Assembly (NCBI RefSeq): GCF_964204645.1
Contig: NC_134028.1
Span: forward strand, 18,731,653-18,795,652
Direction: 5' to 3'
Length of the DNA: 64,000 nucleotides
Origin: Tubulanus polymorphus
Taxonomy: Eukaryota; Animalia; Nemertea
The notes beneath the pieces were generated by a model. The model was not told the DNA's origin. It worked only from the letters and a program-made list of their open reading frames with translations, and searched no databases. The position numbers and the translations under genes are program-made. This document shows, in pieces, positions 25,997-39,895 of this stretch. Within the stretch, counting starts at the first letter, position 1, and every line of letters begins with the position of its first letter.

Positions 25997-28900
25997 TAAA
26001 CCAAAATAATGAATTGTCTCGGGCGACAAAACCAAAATAATGAATTGTCGCGGGCGATAAAACCAAAATAATGAATTGCCGCCGGCGATAAAACCAACAT
26101 ATTGAATTGTCGCGGGCGATAAAACAAAATTAATGAATTATCGCGGGCGACAAAACCAAAATATTGAATTGTTGCGGGCGACAAAACCAAAAAAAGAATT
26201 GTCGGGGCGACAAAACAAAAATAATGAATTGTCGCGGGCTATAAATCAAAATTAATGAATTGTCGCGGGCGATAAAACCAAAATAGTGAATTGTCGCGGG
26301 CGACAAAACCAAAATGGTTAATTGTCGCGGGCGACAAAACCAAAATGGTGAATTGTCGCGAGCGACAAAACCAAAATGGTGAATTGTCGCGAGCGACAAA
26401 ACTAAAATAATGAATTGTCGCGGGCGATAAAACCGTAATAATGAATTGTCGCGGGCGATAAAACCAAAATAATGAATTGTCTCAGGCGACAAAACAAAAA
26501 TAATGAATAATCGCGGGCGATAAAACAAAAATATTGAATTGTCGCAGGCGATAAAACCAAAAAAGAAAATTGTCGCGGGCGACAAAAACAAAATATAAAA
26601 CCAAAATAATGAATTGTCGCGGGCGACAAAACCAAAATAATGAATTGTCGGTGGCGATAAAACCAAAGTAATGAATTGTCGCGGGCGATAAAACCAAAAT
26701 ATTGAATTTTCGTGGGCGACAAAACCAAAATATTGAATTGTCGAGGGCGACAAAACCAAACTAATGAATTGTCGCGGGCGACAAAACCAAACTTATGAAT
26801 TGTCGCGGGCGATAAAACCAAAATAATGAATCGTCTCGGGCGACAAAAACAAGATATTGAATCGTCGCGGGCGACAAAATCAAAATAATGAATTGTCGCG
26901 GGCGACAAAACCAACATAATGAATTGATGCGGGCGATAAAACCAAAATAATGAATGGTCTCGGGCGACAAAACCAAAATAATGAATTGTCGCGGGCGATA
27001 AAAACAAAATATTGAATTGTCCCGGGCGATAAAACCAAATTAATGAATTATCGCGGTCGATAAAACCTAAATATTGAATTGTCGCGGGCGATAAAACCAA
27101 AATAACGAATTGTCGCTGGCGATAAAAACAAAATATTGAATTGTCCCGGGCGATAAAACCAAATTAATGAATTATCGCGGGCGATAAAACCAAAATATTG
27201 AATTGTCGCGGGCGATAAAACCAAAATAATGAATTGTCGCGGGCGACAAAACCAAAATATTGAATTGTCGCGGGCGATAAAAACAAAATATTGAATTGTC
27301 CCGGGCGATAAAACCAAATTAATGAATTATCGCGGGCGATAAAACCTAAATATTGAATTGTCGCGGGCGATAAAACCAAAATAATGAATTGTCGCGGGCG
27401 ACAAAACCAAAATATTGAATTGTCGCGGAATGATGCAATCGTGAGTTGAAATAATACCTGAACAAATCGATGCACAGACATTTACTTTATATATCTACTT
27501 GCACAATCGAGCCTACTCAGTAATATACTCAGTTTTTACGAAACCTGGAGTTTTTGTTTCAGAGAAATTTGAGTATCAGTATCCGATGCTATATACTAAC
27601 GTTAACGTTAGTTATCATCGCTCCGTCATGCTAAGTTATACATTTCATGTCAACCAGTATCTAAAGGCAGCTGTACAGTGTGTACACACTATATCTGAAT
27701 ACGAGGCTGGAATAACAGGCTCACTTCACGTAGGTTCATGATGAGGAGAAACTCGCAGCTGATCCCCGGAACGACGATGGAGTAACACACGTTTGGAGTA
27801 AACCAAAATAATGAATTTTCTCGGGCGACAAAACCAAAATAATGAATTGTCGCGGGCGATAAAACCAAAATAATGAATTGCCGCCGGCGATAAAACCAAC
27901 ATATTGAATTGTCGCGGGCGATAAAACAAAATTAATGAATTATCGCGGGCGACAAAACCAAAATATTGAATTGTCGCGGGCGACTAAACCACAATATTGA
28001 ATTGTTGCGGGCGACAAAACCAAAAAAAGAATTGTCGGGGCGACAAAACAAAAATAATGAATTGTCGAGGGCTATAAATCAAAATTAATGAATTGTCGCG
28101 GGCGATAAAACCAAAATAATGAATTGTCGCAGGCGACAAAACCAAAATGGTTAATTGTCGCGGGCGACAAAACCAAAATGGTGAATTGTCGCGAGCGACA
28201 AAACTAAAATAATGAATTGTCGCGGGCGATAAAACCGTAATAATGAATTGTCGCGGGCGATAAAACCAAAATAATGAATTGTCTCAGGCGACAAAACAAA
28301 AATAATGAATAATCGCGGGCGATAAAACAAAAATATTGAATTGTCGCAGGCGATAAAACCAAAAAAGAAAATTGTCGCGGGCGACAAAAACAAAATATAA
28401 AACCAAAATAATGAATTGTCGCGGGCGACAAAACCAAACTAATGAATTGTCGCGGGCGACAAAACCAAACTTATGAATTGTCGCGGGCGATAAAACCAAA
28501 ATAATGAATTGTCTCGGGCGACAAAAACAAGATATTGAATCGTCGCGGGCGACAAAATCAAAATAATGAATTGTCGCGGGCGACAAAACCAACATAATGA
28601 ATTGACGCGGGCGATAAAACCAAAATAATGAATGGTCTCGGGCGACAAAACCAAAATAATGAATTGTCGCGGGCGATAAAAACAAAATATTGAATTGTCC
28701 CGGGCGATAAAACCAAATTAATGAATTATCGCGGTCGATAAAACCTAAATATTGAATTGTCGCGGGCGATAAAAGCAAAATAATGAATTGTCGCGGGCGA
28801 TAAAAACAAAATATTGAATTGTCCCGGGCGATAAAACCAAATTAATGAATTATCGCGGGCGATAAAACCAAAATATTGAATTGTCGCGGGCGATAAAACC

Positions 28901-29471
28901 AAAATAATGAATTGTCGCGGGCGACAAAACCAAAATATTGAATTGTCGCGGGCGATAAAAACAAAATATTGAATTGTCCCGGGCGATAAAACCAAATTAA
29001 TGAATTATCGCGGGCGATAAAACCAAAATATTGAATTGTCGCGGGCGATAAAACCAAAATAATGAATTGTCGCGGGCGACAAAACCAAAATATTGAATTG
29101 TCGCGGAATGATGCAATCGTGAGTTGAAATAATACCTGAACAAATCGATGCACAGACATTTACTTTATATATCTACTTGAACAATCGAGCCTACTCAGTA
29201 ATATACTCAGTTTTTACGAAACCTGGAGTTTTTGTTTCAGAGAAATTTGAGTATCAGTATCCGATGCTATATACTAACGTTAACGTTAGTTATCATCGCT
29301 CCGTCATGCTAAGTTATACATTTCATGTCAACCAGTATCTAAAGGCAGCTGTACAGTGTGTACACACTATATCTGAATACGAGGCTGGAATAACAGGCTC
29401 ACTTCACGTAGGTTCATGATGAGGAGAAACTCGCAGCTGATCCCCGGAACGACGATGGAGTAACACACGTC
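25997..29471. repeat. ~1.7-1.8 kb tandem segmental duplication (25997-27793 / 27800-29471)
   Basis: Same order of rare satellite variants (GCCGCCGGCGA, GGGCTATAAATC, AAAATATAAAACC) and a near-identical ~365-bp unique tail (27429-27793 versus 29107-29471). Confidence 0.9.
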
Positions 29472-29914
29472 GAATCGTCGATGTTTACGGCTCGAGAGTG
29501 CTTTTAAAATCTAAAGTAGTAAATGTCCAGTGTATCGGTAATATGATTTGATGAGGAAAATGGGCTATTGTTAAAATCACTGTTTGAAGACCGCGACTGA
29601 ATGTGAAGTCTGCGGCAATAAATTAGTTCATTTATACTTGAATTGATAATCGAAGTGACAGTCGGCCTGCGGGTTGATTTCGGGATGACGACTCGAAAAA
29701 CATGTCGCCCCATTGAATGGGGCTAAATTTTCGATGTTTACGGCCCGACAGCGCTTTTGTAACGATGATTCGTGAAAAAACACGCGGGCTTTTTGTAGAT
29801 CTCAGTGAGCTGAACGATATTATATGGATTGTATATGAAACAGCGGTAAGGTAACAAAGCCTATGTTCTTTTGGTAAAAATAGTGTGGAAGAAAATAATA
29901 ATAATAATAATAAT

Positions 29915-30520
29915 CACGCGGATATCAATGGGGTTTTCTGTGAAATAACAGAAAACCCTAAAAATATAGCTGCAAAGCAGCGATAACGGGTTTCTGGATG
30001 CATGTGATCGAAAGGAAAAATTAATTACTGGGTATTCGATGGAAAAAATAAAATGAGATGATTTGGATATTATCGGAGCAATCCTCTTTTTGGTTGAATA
30101 GTCTAACCCCAGTATAGTCCCCCGTGATTTGGAAATTCTCGGAGCCCTCCTTTATTTACTTACTAAATGACGTCACAAACTGTTATTTCGCCGGTGCTTG
30201 TTGTCTAACAATTCAATTCAATTCTTTATTTACAGTAACCTAATAAGTAATTTTAAGTTTCAAATAGGATGGAAAGTACATTCAGACAATCTGTTGGTTC
30301 AGAGAGACCGTTATTACAGTATCAATTTATACATTTCGTTTCGAAGCTGTCAGTTGCCGAATCTGAATGAAGATGAATTTTATTTGACGAAATCGGCGGA
30401 AAATATATAATAGTAATAATAATCAACAGAATTTCAAGAGGGTTTTCGACGAAAGTCAAAAAACCCTAATAATAATCAACAGAATTTCAAGAGGGTTTTC
30501 GACGAAAGTCAGAAAACCCT
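29915..30520 (-). mobile_element. Cluster of Helentron-type terminal stem-loops / short elements
   Basis: GGGGTTTTCTG...CAGAAAACCC hairpin at 29930-29958. ATATAGCTGCAAAGCAGCGATAACGGG at 29964 also occurs at 20565 and, degenerate, at 11635. Two tandem 52-bp copies of AGGGTTTTCGACGAAAGTCAGAAAACCCT span 30418-30523. Confidence 0.5.
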
Positions 30521-31176
30521 AATAACAAAATATTTTGAAGATGGTAAATTTTTTTTCTTAAAATGGATCAAAAAAGGTTAATAAATGGATTATATAATGG
30601 AGCATTATTATCAGTTGGAACTGTTGAATATACAATGATATTGAAGAAAGTATTTTAAATTGGAATTATTTATGTTGATAGATTTGACATAAATTATATT
30701 TTTAAATTAACTTTATCTAATTTAACAATTGATTATTTAGAAAAATAAAAATGTATTCCTATTAATGCATAATTTTTTGTTAATCAAATGGCATCTGCAA
30801 TTATAACTATTATAGGATCGGCAATTGATAACGCTTAAGAATCTACAGGGGGTGGTTATTTATTTAAGCATATTGATAAAAATTGTTCATTATCAGAACA
30901 AAAAAGACATAATTTAGCATTAGAAAAATATAATAAAGCAGCAGAAGAATGTAGAGAAAAAAGACAAAATTATATAGATTATAAATTATATTAATAAAGA
31001 ATTATATAATCACAAAATTTCACATAGAGATTTCCAATCGGTTGATGACGCAATGAATTTATATAATTCAGTAACGCATCGTGAAAAATTACATCTATAT
31101 AAACCATCTATATTATCAGATTACTATACACCGAGTAAAGAACAACAACAATAGGAAATAATTTGGATTTTAGGTG
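30521..31176 (+). pseudogene. Relict Maverick copy, piece 3 (two membrane-protein ORF homologues)
   Basis: Matches 49196-49860 (TATAATGGAGCATTA..ATCAGTTGGAACTGTTG; ATCAGAACAAAAAAGACATAA..TAGCATT; ATTTTAGGTG) with stops and indels. Confidence 0.88.
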
Positions 31177-31842
31177 TGTAACGCACTTGCCAAGAATGTA
31201 AAACGGCCACCGTTACGAAAACCGAAAAACACTATCGCAACCACATCTCCTAATGACACAACGCAACAATAAGAATATATAAATATATAATGAGTTATTT
31301 ATTACTTCAAAAACTACGAAATGGGAAATGAAATGAGTTGATGAAATATCTAACTCCGAGCTAACACCTCATGCCTGACTCAACCTTGATTCAAATGGCT
31401 TACGGACAAAAATACCCCTGCAAAATGTCTTATGGACAGAAACAGTACTAGACTGTCAAATGTCTTATGGACAAAAATTACTCAGACTATCAAATGCAAA
31501 GAATAGTCAAACTGTTAGATATTATTAATAAAAAGAAGATACATGCACTTAAGTCTCCGGCTGAACTACGATCACTTGACTCGCTGAACGGGACGAACAA
31601 AACGGAACAAATGATAAATTCAATACGTATACGACGAAACAGCTGCATACGCATCTCCGCCACGATCTACAACCACCGTCACTATAAAGATCCACTGTAA
31701 CGGGAAGTCCAGCACTAATCCAGCTCTACGCAAAAAAGTTCATTGATGACTTCGATTTGATTAATAGTTGAAAAAGTTAAAAAGTTTCGCAATAGCAAAT
31801 AATAAGATAATGCAAATTGCAGTGGAAACGTCACTCTCTTAA

Positions 31843-32910
31843 AAACAAGAAAATTAATTTAAAAATTATTTTACGCCTGCGAAAAAAATCTAGAATTTCT
31901 GGGATAAGCTAATGTGGAATTGCAAATTTGAAATCGAAGTTTTAAGAAATTTGGGGAATGATGAGATTTGGTGATTGGGCAGATGATACAGGTCTTCGAC
32001 TCTAGTAGGTTGGTTTAATTTTTGTTTATTGCAAATTCTCAATAATTGATCACGAACTTCCGACTTCATTTACTTATGCCTCTAAGCTGGTCTGCAACTT
32101 CATTGTCTCCATGGTTGAAGAAAGAGCTCTTCTGATGTCTGCTTCATCATGACTTCGAGCATATCGTGCGGGCCTAGCCAGCCGGCCCGGGCCACGGGTC
32201 TGGCTGTCACTCGATATCCAAGAGTCTTGAGTTTGGGTTGAAGTAGACATGTTACCCGTGTGTCATGTATGTTGTATTTTCTTATTTTAAAATTTATATT
32301 TATTGAATTTGGGAATTTTATCCCGGAATTTCAATGTTATAAGGATCAATAAAGAATTAAATTGAATTGTCACCTAACACACATGCCATCAGAGGACGCG
32401 GAGCCGTGTATGACAGCTACGCTATTATAAAAATGTTTACACATTTTCATATTGACCGCTTGTAGCCGCTGATGAAATTCACGCCGGCCCTACACACATC
32501 GTAGATAGCTTTGTCATTCCACCAGCATACCCACGTCAGGGTCTGACTTTTATATCAGACTTCTGCATCGTGTATACATCCGCCATTTAACCGAATAAGC
32601 CGATTTACTTATCATTTCGATTTATGCCTGCCGCTTCTGATATAATCGTACATTCTTTAAATTACAAGACGTCTTCTAATGATATTCAATGCCATATAAC
32701 ATTTCGACGTTCGAATATAGGTCATTATATAATCACAGGAAGCCATTCTACATCTATGTCAATAATATTTTGCCAAATAGCTTGCTTGTGTACACAAGAC
32801 CTGTGACGTTTTGCACATCGGTTTACGGCTGTCGTTTGTAAAATAACGCTGAATGGTTAACATTGTTTAGGTTTCATAATGGTAACGTTTTATAAGGCGT
32901 CAAAAAAAAA
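31843..32910 (-). mobile_element. Helentron/HINE-type element family B, copy 1
   Basis: Closely similar to 52177-53368; subterminal inverted repeat TTT(G/T)ACGCCT...AGGCGTCAAA; AAACAAG end (CTTGTTT on minus). Confidence 0.75.
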
Positions 32911-33234
32911 GAAACTGTACTTTCTATAATATTACTACCGAGCATAAATCCAGCTTTAGGATGGTATAGTCCGTGAGAAAAATGTAGTCTATGTAGACGT
33001 TATAACGCTAATAAGAATTCATTTACCCTTGGTTTCGGGGAGTTAACAGCTAGTCGATACGGCAGCGAAATTTAGTATAAATACAGTTTACCGTGTTGGT
33101 AAAGACCAAAAGTGAACATAAGTCGTGATTTTTTCTGTGCTGCGACGCAGGCGCTTGAATGTGGGCTTTGACCTTGTTGCTGCGGTAAAAATGATAAAAT
33201 TTACCGTAATCTGCGATAAAAATACCACCGGGGT

Positions 33235-33710
33235 TGCCATCTTAATAATCCATGTTGCAACTGTTTTACCCATGATCCAATGCGCACCCCTCGTCTAACT
33301 ATACTAAACAGAAAGGTTGGAAACGCTCCCATCTCCTTAATGCTTAAATCTACCCGCAAATATCGGGATAGCTGATGTCACAGCAATCCCGAAGAGACAT
33401 CGCAAATTTTCAAAAATCAATTTTTTTATTGCCAGTTAAAATCTTTAACGGAACTAAAACAGTGTCAATGTTTCCAAAAAAAATCATCTACAATTGAAAT
33501 TATGAGTGCTTCTTATATTTCAGAATTAAAGTTGACACATTGGGACGTACTTCGGCAATCGTCGGCACTGCTCGGCTGTCCCGATAATTGCGGGTAGATT
33601 TAAGCATTACGGAGATAGGAGCGTTTCCAGCCTTTCTATATAGTACAGTTAAACGGTGGGCGCGCGTTGCATCATGGGTAAATTCATTATAAAACATGGC
33701 GGATTATCGA
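33235..33710. repeat. Imperfect ~130-bp inverted repeat with ~200-bp spacer (foldback/MITE core)
   Basis: 33262-33372 (TTTACCCATGAT...GGAAACGCTCC...AATGCTTAAATCTACCCGCAA...CGGGATAGC) is the reverse complement of 33575-33682. Confidence 0.75.
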
Positions 33711-34019
33711 AGTCAGAAATAACATATTGCTGGTGAATTATTAAATATTCATCCATTATCAAAGCCCATAATCAAGTGCCTGTGGCTGCGACTAACCAGC
33801 TCGGTCAACACCCCAAAAACTGAGCCCTGGTAATCTGTTTCCCAAGATCCTTCGGTGAAAAAAATAGTTCCAGGTGACAAAATAGGTCCAGGAACATTGT
33901 TCAAAGAAGGGTCGAATTAAACCCTGAATACCCTTTAAAGAATCCCCAAGTGGTTATCGACACAAATTTGTGCCATCTCAAGATATAAATCTAAAAGTAA
34001 GATTCCAGATTAGGGTACA

Positions 34020-35460
34020 TTATATCTGGACCTGTATTTTATGAATTTAATTCTAGTCGTTCTGAGACCAATCAGCTGATGACCGTTGTTTTTGAACCTG
34101 AGGAGAATTATTGGAGTCTTGAAACTATTGGTATACAACCACCTACACTGCAAGAGAATTTTTTTGAAAACTATTGTACCAATTATATTTCTAAGTCAGA
34201 TAATATGTACATTGCCAGATTGCCCTGGAAAGAATCGCACGGCAATTTACCAGATAATTTTGGTCTAGTTAATTCCAGAACACGTTCATTAGCTCGTCGA
34301 TTAGCTAAAACTTCAGATATGCTGGGCATAATTAAGTATCAATTAGAGCGGGAATTTATAGAGAAGGTTGATTCTAATGACTGTGAATATCATGATAAGT
34401 TATATTATTTGCCTCATCATCCCGTTTTCAGAAATTCCAGTACAACTCCTATACCAATTGTTTTGACTGCAGTATTCGTCAGACCAAGAACACATGTAAT
34501 CTTAATGATTGTCTGGAATCAGGTCCTTCTTTATTGAATGATATTTCTTCAATTCTAATGCGCTTTAGATTGTCTAAATACGGGATTGTTTCTGACATTG
34601 AAAAAGGCTTTCCTTCATGTGGGCTTGTATAGTGCCGACAGAGACGTAACTCGATTTTTATGGTTGAGCGATATAAATGATCCAGAAAGCGAATTTGAAA
34701 CTTTCAGATTTAAGAGGGTATTATTGGAGCCACTTGTTCCCCGTTTATATTGAACAGCGTTATTATTTACCATTTACGGGCTAGTGGTGGATTATTTTCA
34801 GATCAAATTTTACGTGACATTTATGTCGATAACGTAACAACTAGTATTTCTAGCTCTGTAGATGTAGTGAAATTTAATCATGAATGTAGATCTATGAAGT
34901 CATCGACAAGTTTAAATTTTCGGTCATGGGCTTCAAATTGTTCAGAATTGAATAGTTTAGCTTCAGAACATGGTATTTTGGATACTTCGGAAAATGTCAA
35001 AATTTTAGGGATGAATTGGAATCATTGGATAAATTTTCGTTTCCGCATAGTGAATTACCTTTTAAATCTCCTGTTACCAAAAGGAATATCTTACACTCGA
35101 TTCCATCTATATTTGACCCATTTGGGTATTTGAATCCTGTGACTATACGCGCAAAGATTTTGTTACAGGACATCTGGAAGGCAGGACTTGATTGGGATTC
35201 TGAACTTCCATGTGAAATGTGATAGTCAACGATTGGCATTATGTATCGTCTGTTTCGAATCTACGAGCATTTATCTAATTATTAGATAATTGCTCGTGGT
35301 TCGAATCCAGCTGATATACTCACACGCGGTATAAGTGCCGATGAATTAGTAAACAATGATCTTTGGAAACATGGTCCATCTTGTCCAAGGGCTAATATAC
35401 CCATTGTTTCTAGGCCGTTGATTCGAAAGTCTACTGACGTGACACTGTCAACCTCTTGAA
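34020..35460 (+). mobile_element. BEL/Pao LTR retrotransposon pol, 5' piece (RT and RNase H/A17 region), degenerate
   Basis: WSLETIGI, RLPWK, YYLPHHPV, LNDCLESGP, DRDVTRFLW, FGATCSPF, YVDN, KILGMNW, TKR...FDPFGYLNP...WD and NPADILTRG. Confidence 0.92.
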
Positions 35461-35636
35461 TGAATGATTTATTTACTTATAATATGTACAAGATTATGAA
35501 CATAGTTTCTTTGGATATGATTGCATAGATAAATAGACATATATAAGAAGGACAACCCCAAGCCCTAGGGGCTGATCCTGATAGGGGGATTGCCCTGAGA
35601 AAAAAAAAATAAACTAAGTGATAGATACATATAGAG

Positions 35637-36450
<814 letters not shown>

Positions 36451-36491
36451 CAGCAATTCATTATCAATAAATTAGTTAAAAAGTGTGGAAG

Positions 36492-39478
36492 TCAATAGTT
36501 CTCGAACGTTGTTTTTTTGAATCTAGCATCTAGGGATCCAATGCTTGGAGCTTTACAAAGATGATCAATTGAATTTTGCCAAAGTATAGGAACTTTGGCT
36601 AAAAAGGATTCGTGGAAAATTTTAGTTGTATGAAAGTTAACTGCAGCTTTATTTCTGTTTCTAGTGTTGTAGTAATGAAATTGAGAATTAGTGTTGAACT
36701 GATTATAAATAAGTAATGGAAGTTTTTTATGATAATGTAGGAAACCAAATTTTAACGATTCTAACTTAATAAGATCTTGCATTTTTAGAATTTTGAATCT
36801 TTTGAATAACGGCCCAGTAGGGGAATTATATGGAGCATTACCGATTAATCGTACTGCTTTTTTCTGTATTAAGAATATATCCTTTACTTGTTTTGCAGTG
36901 GGCCCCAAACTATTAAAGCATAATTTAAATGACTGTGTATATATGAGTAATAAATCATTTTTTTCAGTGAACTTGGAAAATTTTTTTTAACACTCTTAAG
37001 CAAAAATACACTCCTATTCATTATATTTATTAGTTGTGTGACATGTAAATCCCAGTGCAGGTTTGTATCAATGTTAAGTCCTAAAAATTTGCAATCTGTT
37101 GACAGTTTCAGTTTATTGTTAGCAATCTGTATAACTACATTATCAATATCAACCTGATGTCTTCGAGGCTTGAATAATAAACATTTGGTTTTTTCTAAAT
37201 TGAGCGTCAACTGGTTGGCATGAAACCAAGTCACAAGAAGTTTTAAGTCATTTGCAGCATTTTCTAAGAGTTGAGTTATATTTTGGTCAGACGTAAGTAG
37301 ATTAGTGTCATCAGCAAACGATATAGCTTTGGAGTGTTAAAGATTGAGACTTAGGTCATTAACATAGACAAGAAAAAGTAACGGTCCAAGGACCGAACCT
37401 TGAGGTACACCATATTTAATTTCTTTGAAGTTAGAGTTCGTATTATTATAATTAACATACATTTTACGGTTACTTAGGTAGCTACTTAACCAGTTATATG
37501 CATGTCCTTTTATGCCATAGTGGTTTAATTTATACAAAAGGGTATTAATATTTAACGAATCGAAGGCCTTAGATAAATCAAGACATATACCTAAGGAGTA
37601 TTTCTTTTTTTCTATATTAGTTATTAAATTGCCAACAAAGTCTCCGATTGCATAGGTGGTGTTATGATTTGGTCTAAAACCATATTGACTAAGATTCAGA
37701 ATTTTATGTGTACATAAGAAATTATAGAGTCGTTTGTGTATACGTTTTTCTAAGATCTTAGAAAGAACTGGTAATAATGATATGGGGCGGTAATTATTTA
37801 AGATTTGCTTGTTGCCGGATTTATGAAGCGGTATAACCTTAGCAATTTTCATTTTTTCAGGAAAAATGCCTTCACTAAGCGATTTGTTACAAAGTATGGT
37901 AAGGGGTTTAATTATAGATGGAGCAATTAGTTTCAACAATTTATTGTTAAGAATGTCCGGACCTGTACTTCGTTTTGGTGATAGGCTATTAATAACTTTA
38001 AATATTTCTTCACTGTTTGTTGGGTTAATGAACATCACGCTTTCATTTTTCTTCGGCAAAAGATCCTTAAATGTTTTGTTTGATACAGGGATTTGTTCAG
38101 CATATCGTTTACCTATTGATGAAAAAAAGTTATTAAATTCGTGACATATTTCGAAGTTATCCTCGGTTGCTTTACCATTTATAATGAAGTTTGTTGTAAT
38201 AGATGTCTTATCATTTGTCTTACCAATCAGATTTTTAATTAGTTTCCAAATTTTCCGACTATTTGTTCCAATCGATTCAATTTTCTGTTTGTAGTAATTT
38301 ATCTTTTGTCTTCTCCTTATATAATTTAGTTGATTTCTATATGTTATGTAGGTTTTATAGCGTTGATGAGATCGGTCTAGGTTCATAACCTTTTTAAACA
38401 GCTTATTACATTTCATGATGCTTTTAAAAGTAAATCAGTCATCCAAGGTTCCGTGATTTTAGTTTTCCTTTTGACCTTTATTTCAAGAGAGATTTGATTA
38501 ATTACATCTGATATTTTAGAACTCATTGCATTATAATAATTATTAGTGTCGAAATTATCTAGTGAGGACCAATCTATATTTGAGAGGTGATTGTTAATTA
38601 AGTTTATATTTTCAGTATTGAAGTTGCGTGTAGTATATTCATTTGTAATTCTACCTTTGAATTTAGTAGATACAAAACACGGCAAATGATCAGATATGTC
38701 TGATATTAAAATGGCACTCGTATGAGTTGAATGCAATTTAGATGACAAGTATATGTTGTCAATAAGGGTGGCAGTGGACTGTGTAATCCGCGTTGGACGC
38801 AACATAGTTGGACATAAATTGTTAGATAAATTAATATCTAAAAATTTAGAGGCATTCTTATGAATATTAACCTTTATGAAAGTTTTGATCCATTCCTAAA
38901 ACTACCTCACATTTTTCCTGCTCAATTTTACTCACTAGTTCTTCATATTTTTCATCACTATTAGGCACTCTATAGATTTCTCCAATAATTATTTTTTTTT
39001 TTCAGTATTAATTTCAATTAAACAAGATTCAATTCCCTTCTATAAAAATATCTAAATCGGTTCTTGGGTTAAACGGTATGTTGTCTCTTATATAAATAGC
39101 TACACCACCTTGTGCCATGGTCAACCTGTGCTTTTCGACAAAATTGTAGCCAGGAATTTTGCACAAAGCAACTTTTCTATCTGTTAAAAATGTTTCACAG
39201 ATCATGATTACATCTTTTCTAATATCCTGTTGCTTAAAAGTTTTTATCATAATTTTGAGTTGGTCTAACTTTGCATGTAAGCTGTGAATATTGAGTTGCA
39301 ATATATTAAGATTTTCCTTATTTATAGTCGAACTGCATAGTTGGTTTAATTCACTAATTTCAGTATATGGGCATCGATCACTGTCTAGTACTTGATCATC
39401 GTCGATGATTGAATCTAAGAATAAATCTTTTGAATGCTGTTCAAGCCGTTTTGAAAAATCTACACTGCCGAGGCACAT
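36492..39478 (-). pseudogene. LINE ORF2 (apurinic endonuclease + reverse transcriptase), frameshifted
   Basis: APE motifs LQLNIHSL, ICETFL, GGVAIYI, PTRI..TLIDNI, ISDHLP; RT motifs NYRPISLLP, QYGFR, DLSKAFD, GVPQGSVLGPLLF, FADDT. Confidence 0.93.
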
Positions 39479-39895
39479 AAGAAAATATATAAATTATTAG
39501 ATTATTAATTTACCAAGAAAAAAAGAAAAAAGATATAAGCATACACCAAAAAAATAAAACGAAAATTAAAAGGTATTGATGTACACAGTAAGACGCGTGC
39601 CACCAGAGTTTGGTAATAAGTGGAAATGAAAAGTTGATATGTATATCAACCTATAGTAGCCGTAGCTGTACTACTAACTGGAAGATCTAATTAACTAATT
39701 AATCATTTTAGCATGGATGATACTATATTGATAGGTGACACAAGAGTTATCATGCCATAAAAGGATTTTAAAAAAATCGTGTAGGATTACAGAAGGTCAT
39801 AAGACCATTGAGGACAGATACAAAAGAGTACATGACGATCCTTGAGAAATCAGATTACTGTAGTGTCAATACACAATGATGTCTAAATTAATGTT

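Larger units (their letters stand above)
20950..29107. repeat. 31-bp satellite array (consensus AATTGTCGCGGGCGA(T/C)AAAACCAAAATAATG) in four blocks: ~20950-21242, 22658-24442, 25546-27428, 27801-29107
   Basis: Well over 100 head-to-tail units; the blocks are separated by two HINE copies and a duplicated unique segment. Confidence 0.97.

Noticed and set aside
20950-29107. Palindromic 31-bp repeats as a CRISPR array, and the many MVLSPATIHYFGF ORFs as proteins
   Set aside because: Units are head-to-tail with no unique spacers, there are no cas genes and the context is eukaryotic. The ORFs are artefacts of a 31-bp period cycling through frames.
31177-31840. Possible solo LTR starting TGTAAC at the end of the relict Maverick
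   Set aside because: No matching second LTR, CA end, PBS or TSD could be identified.
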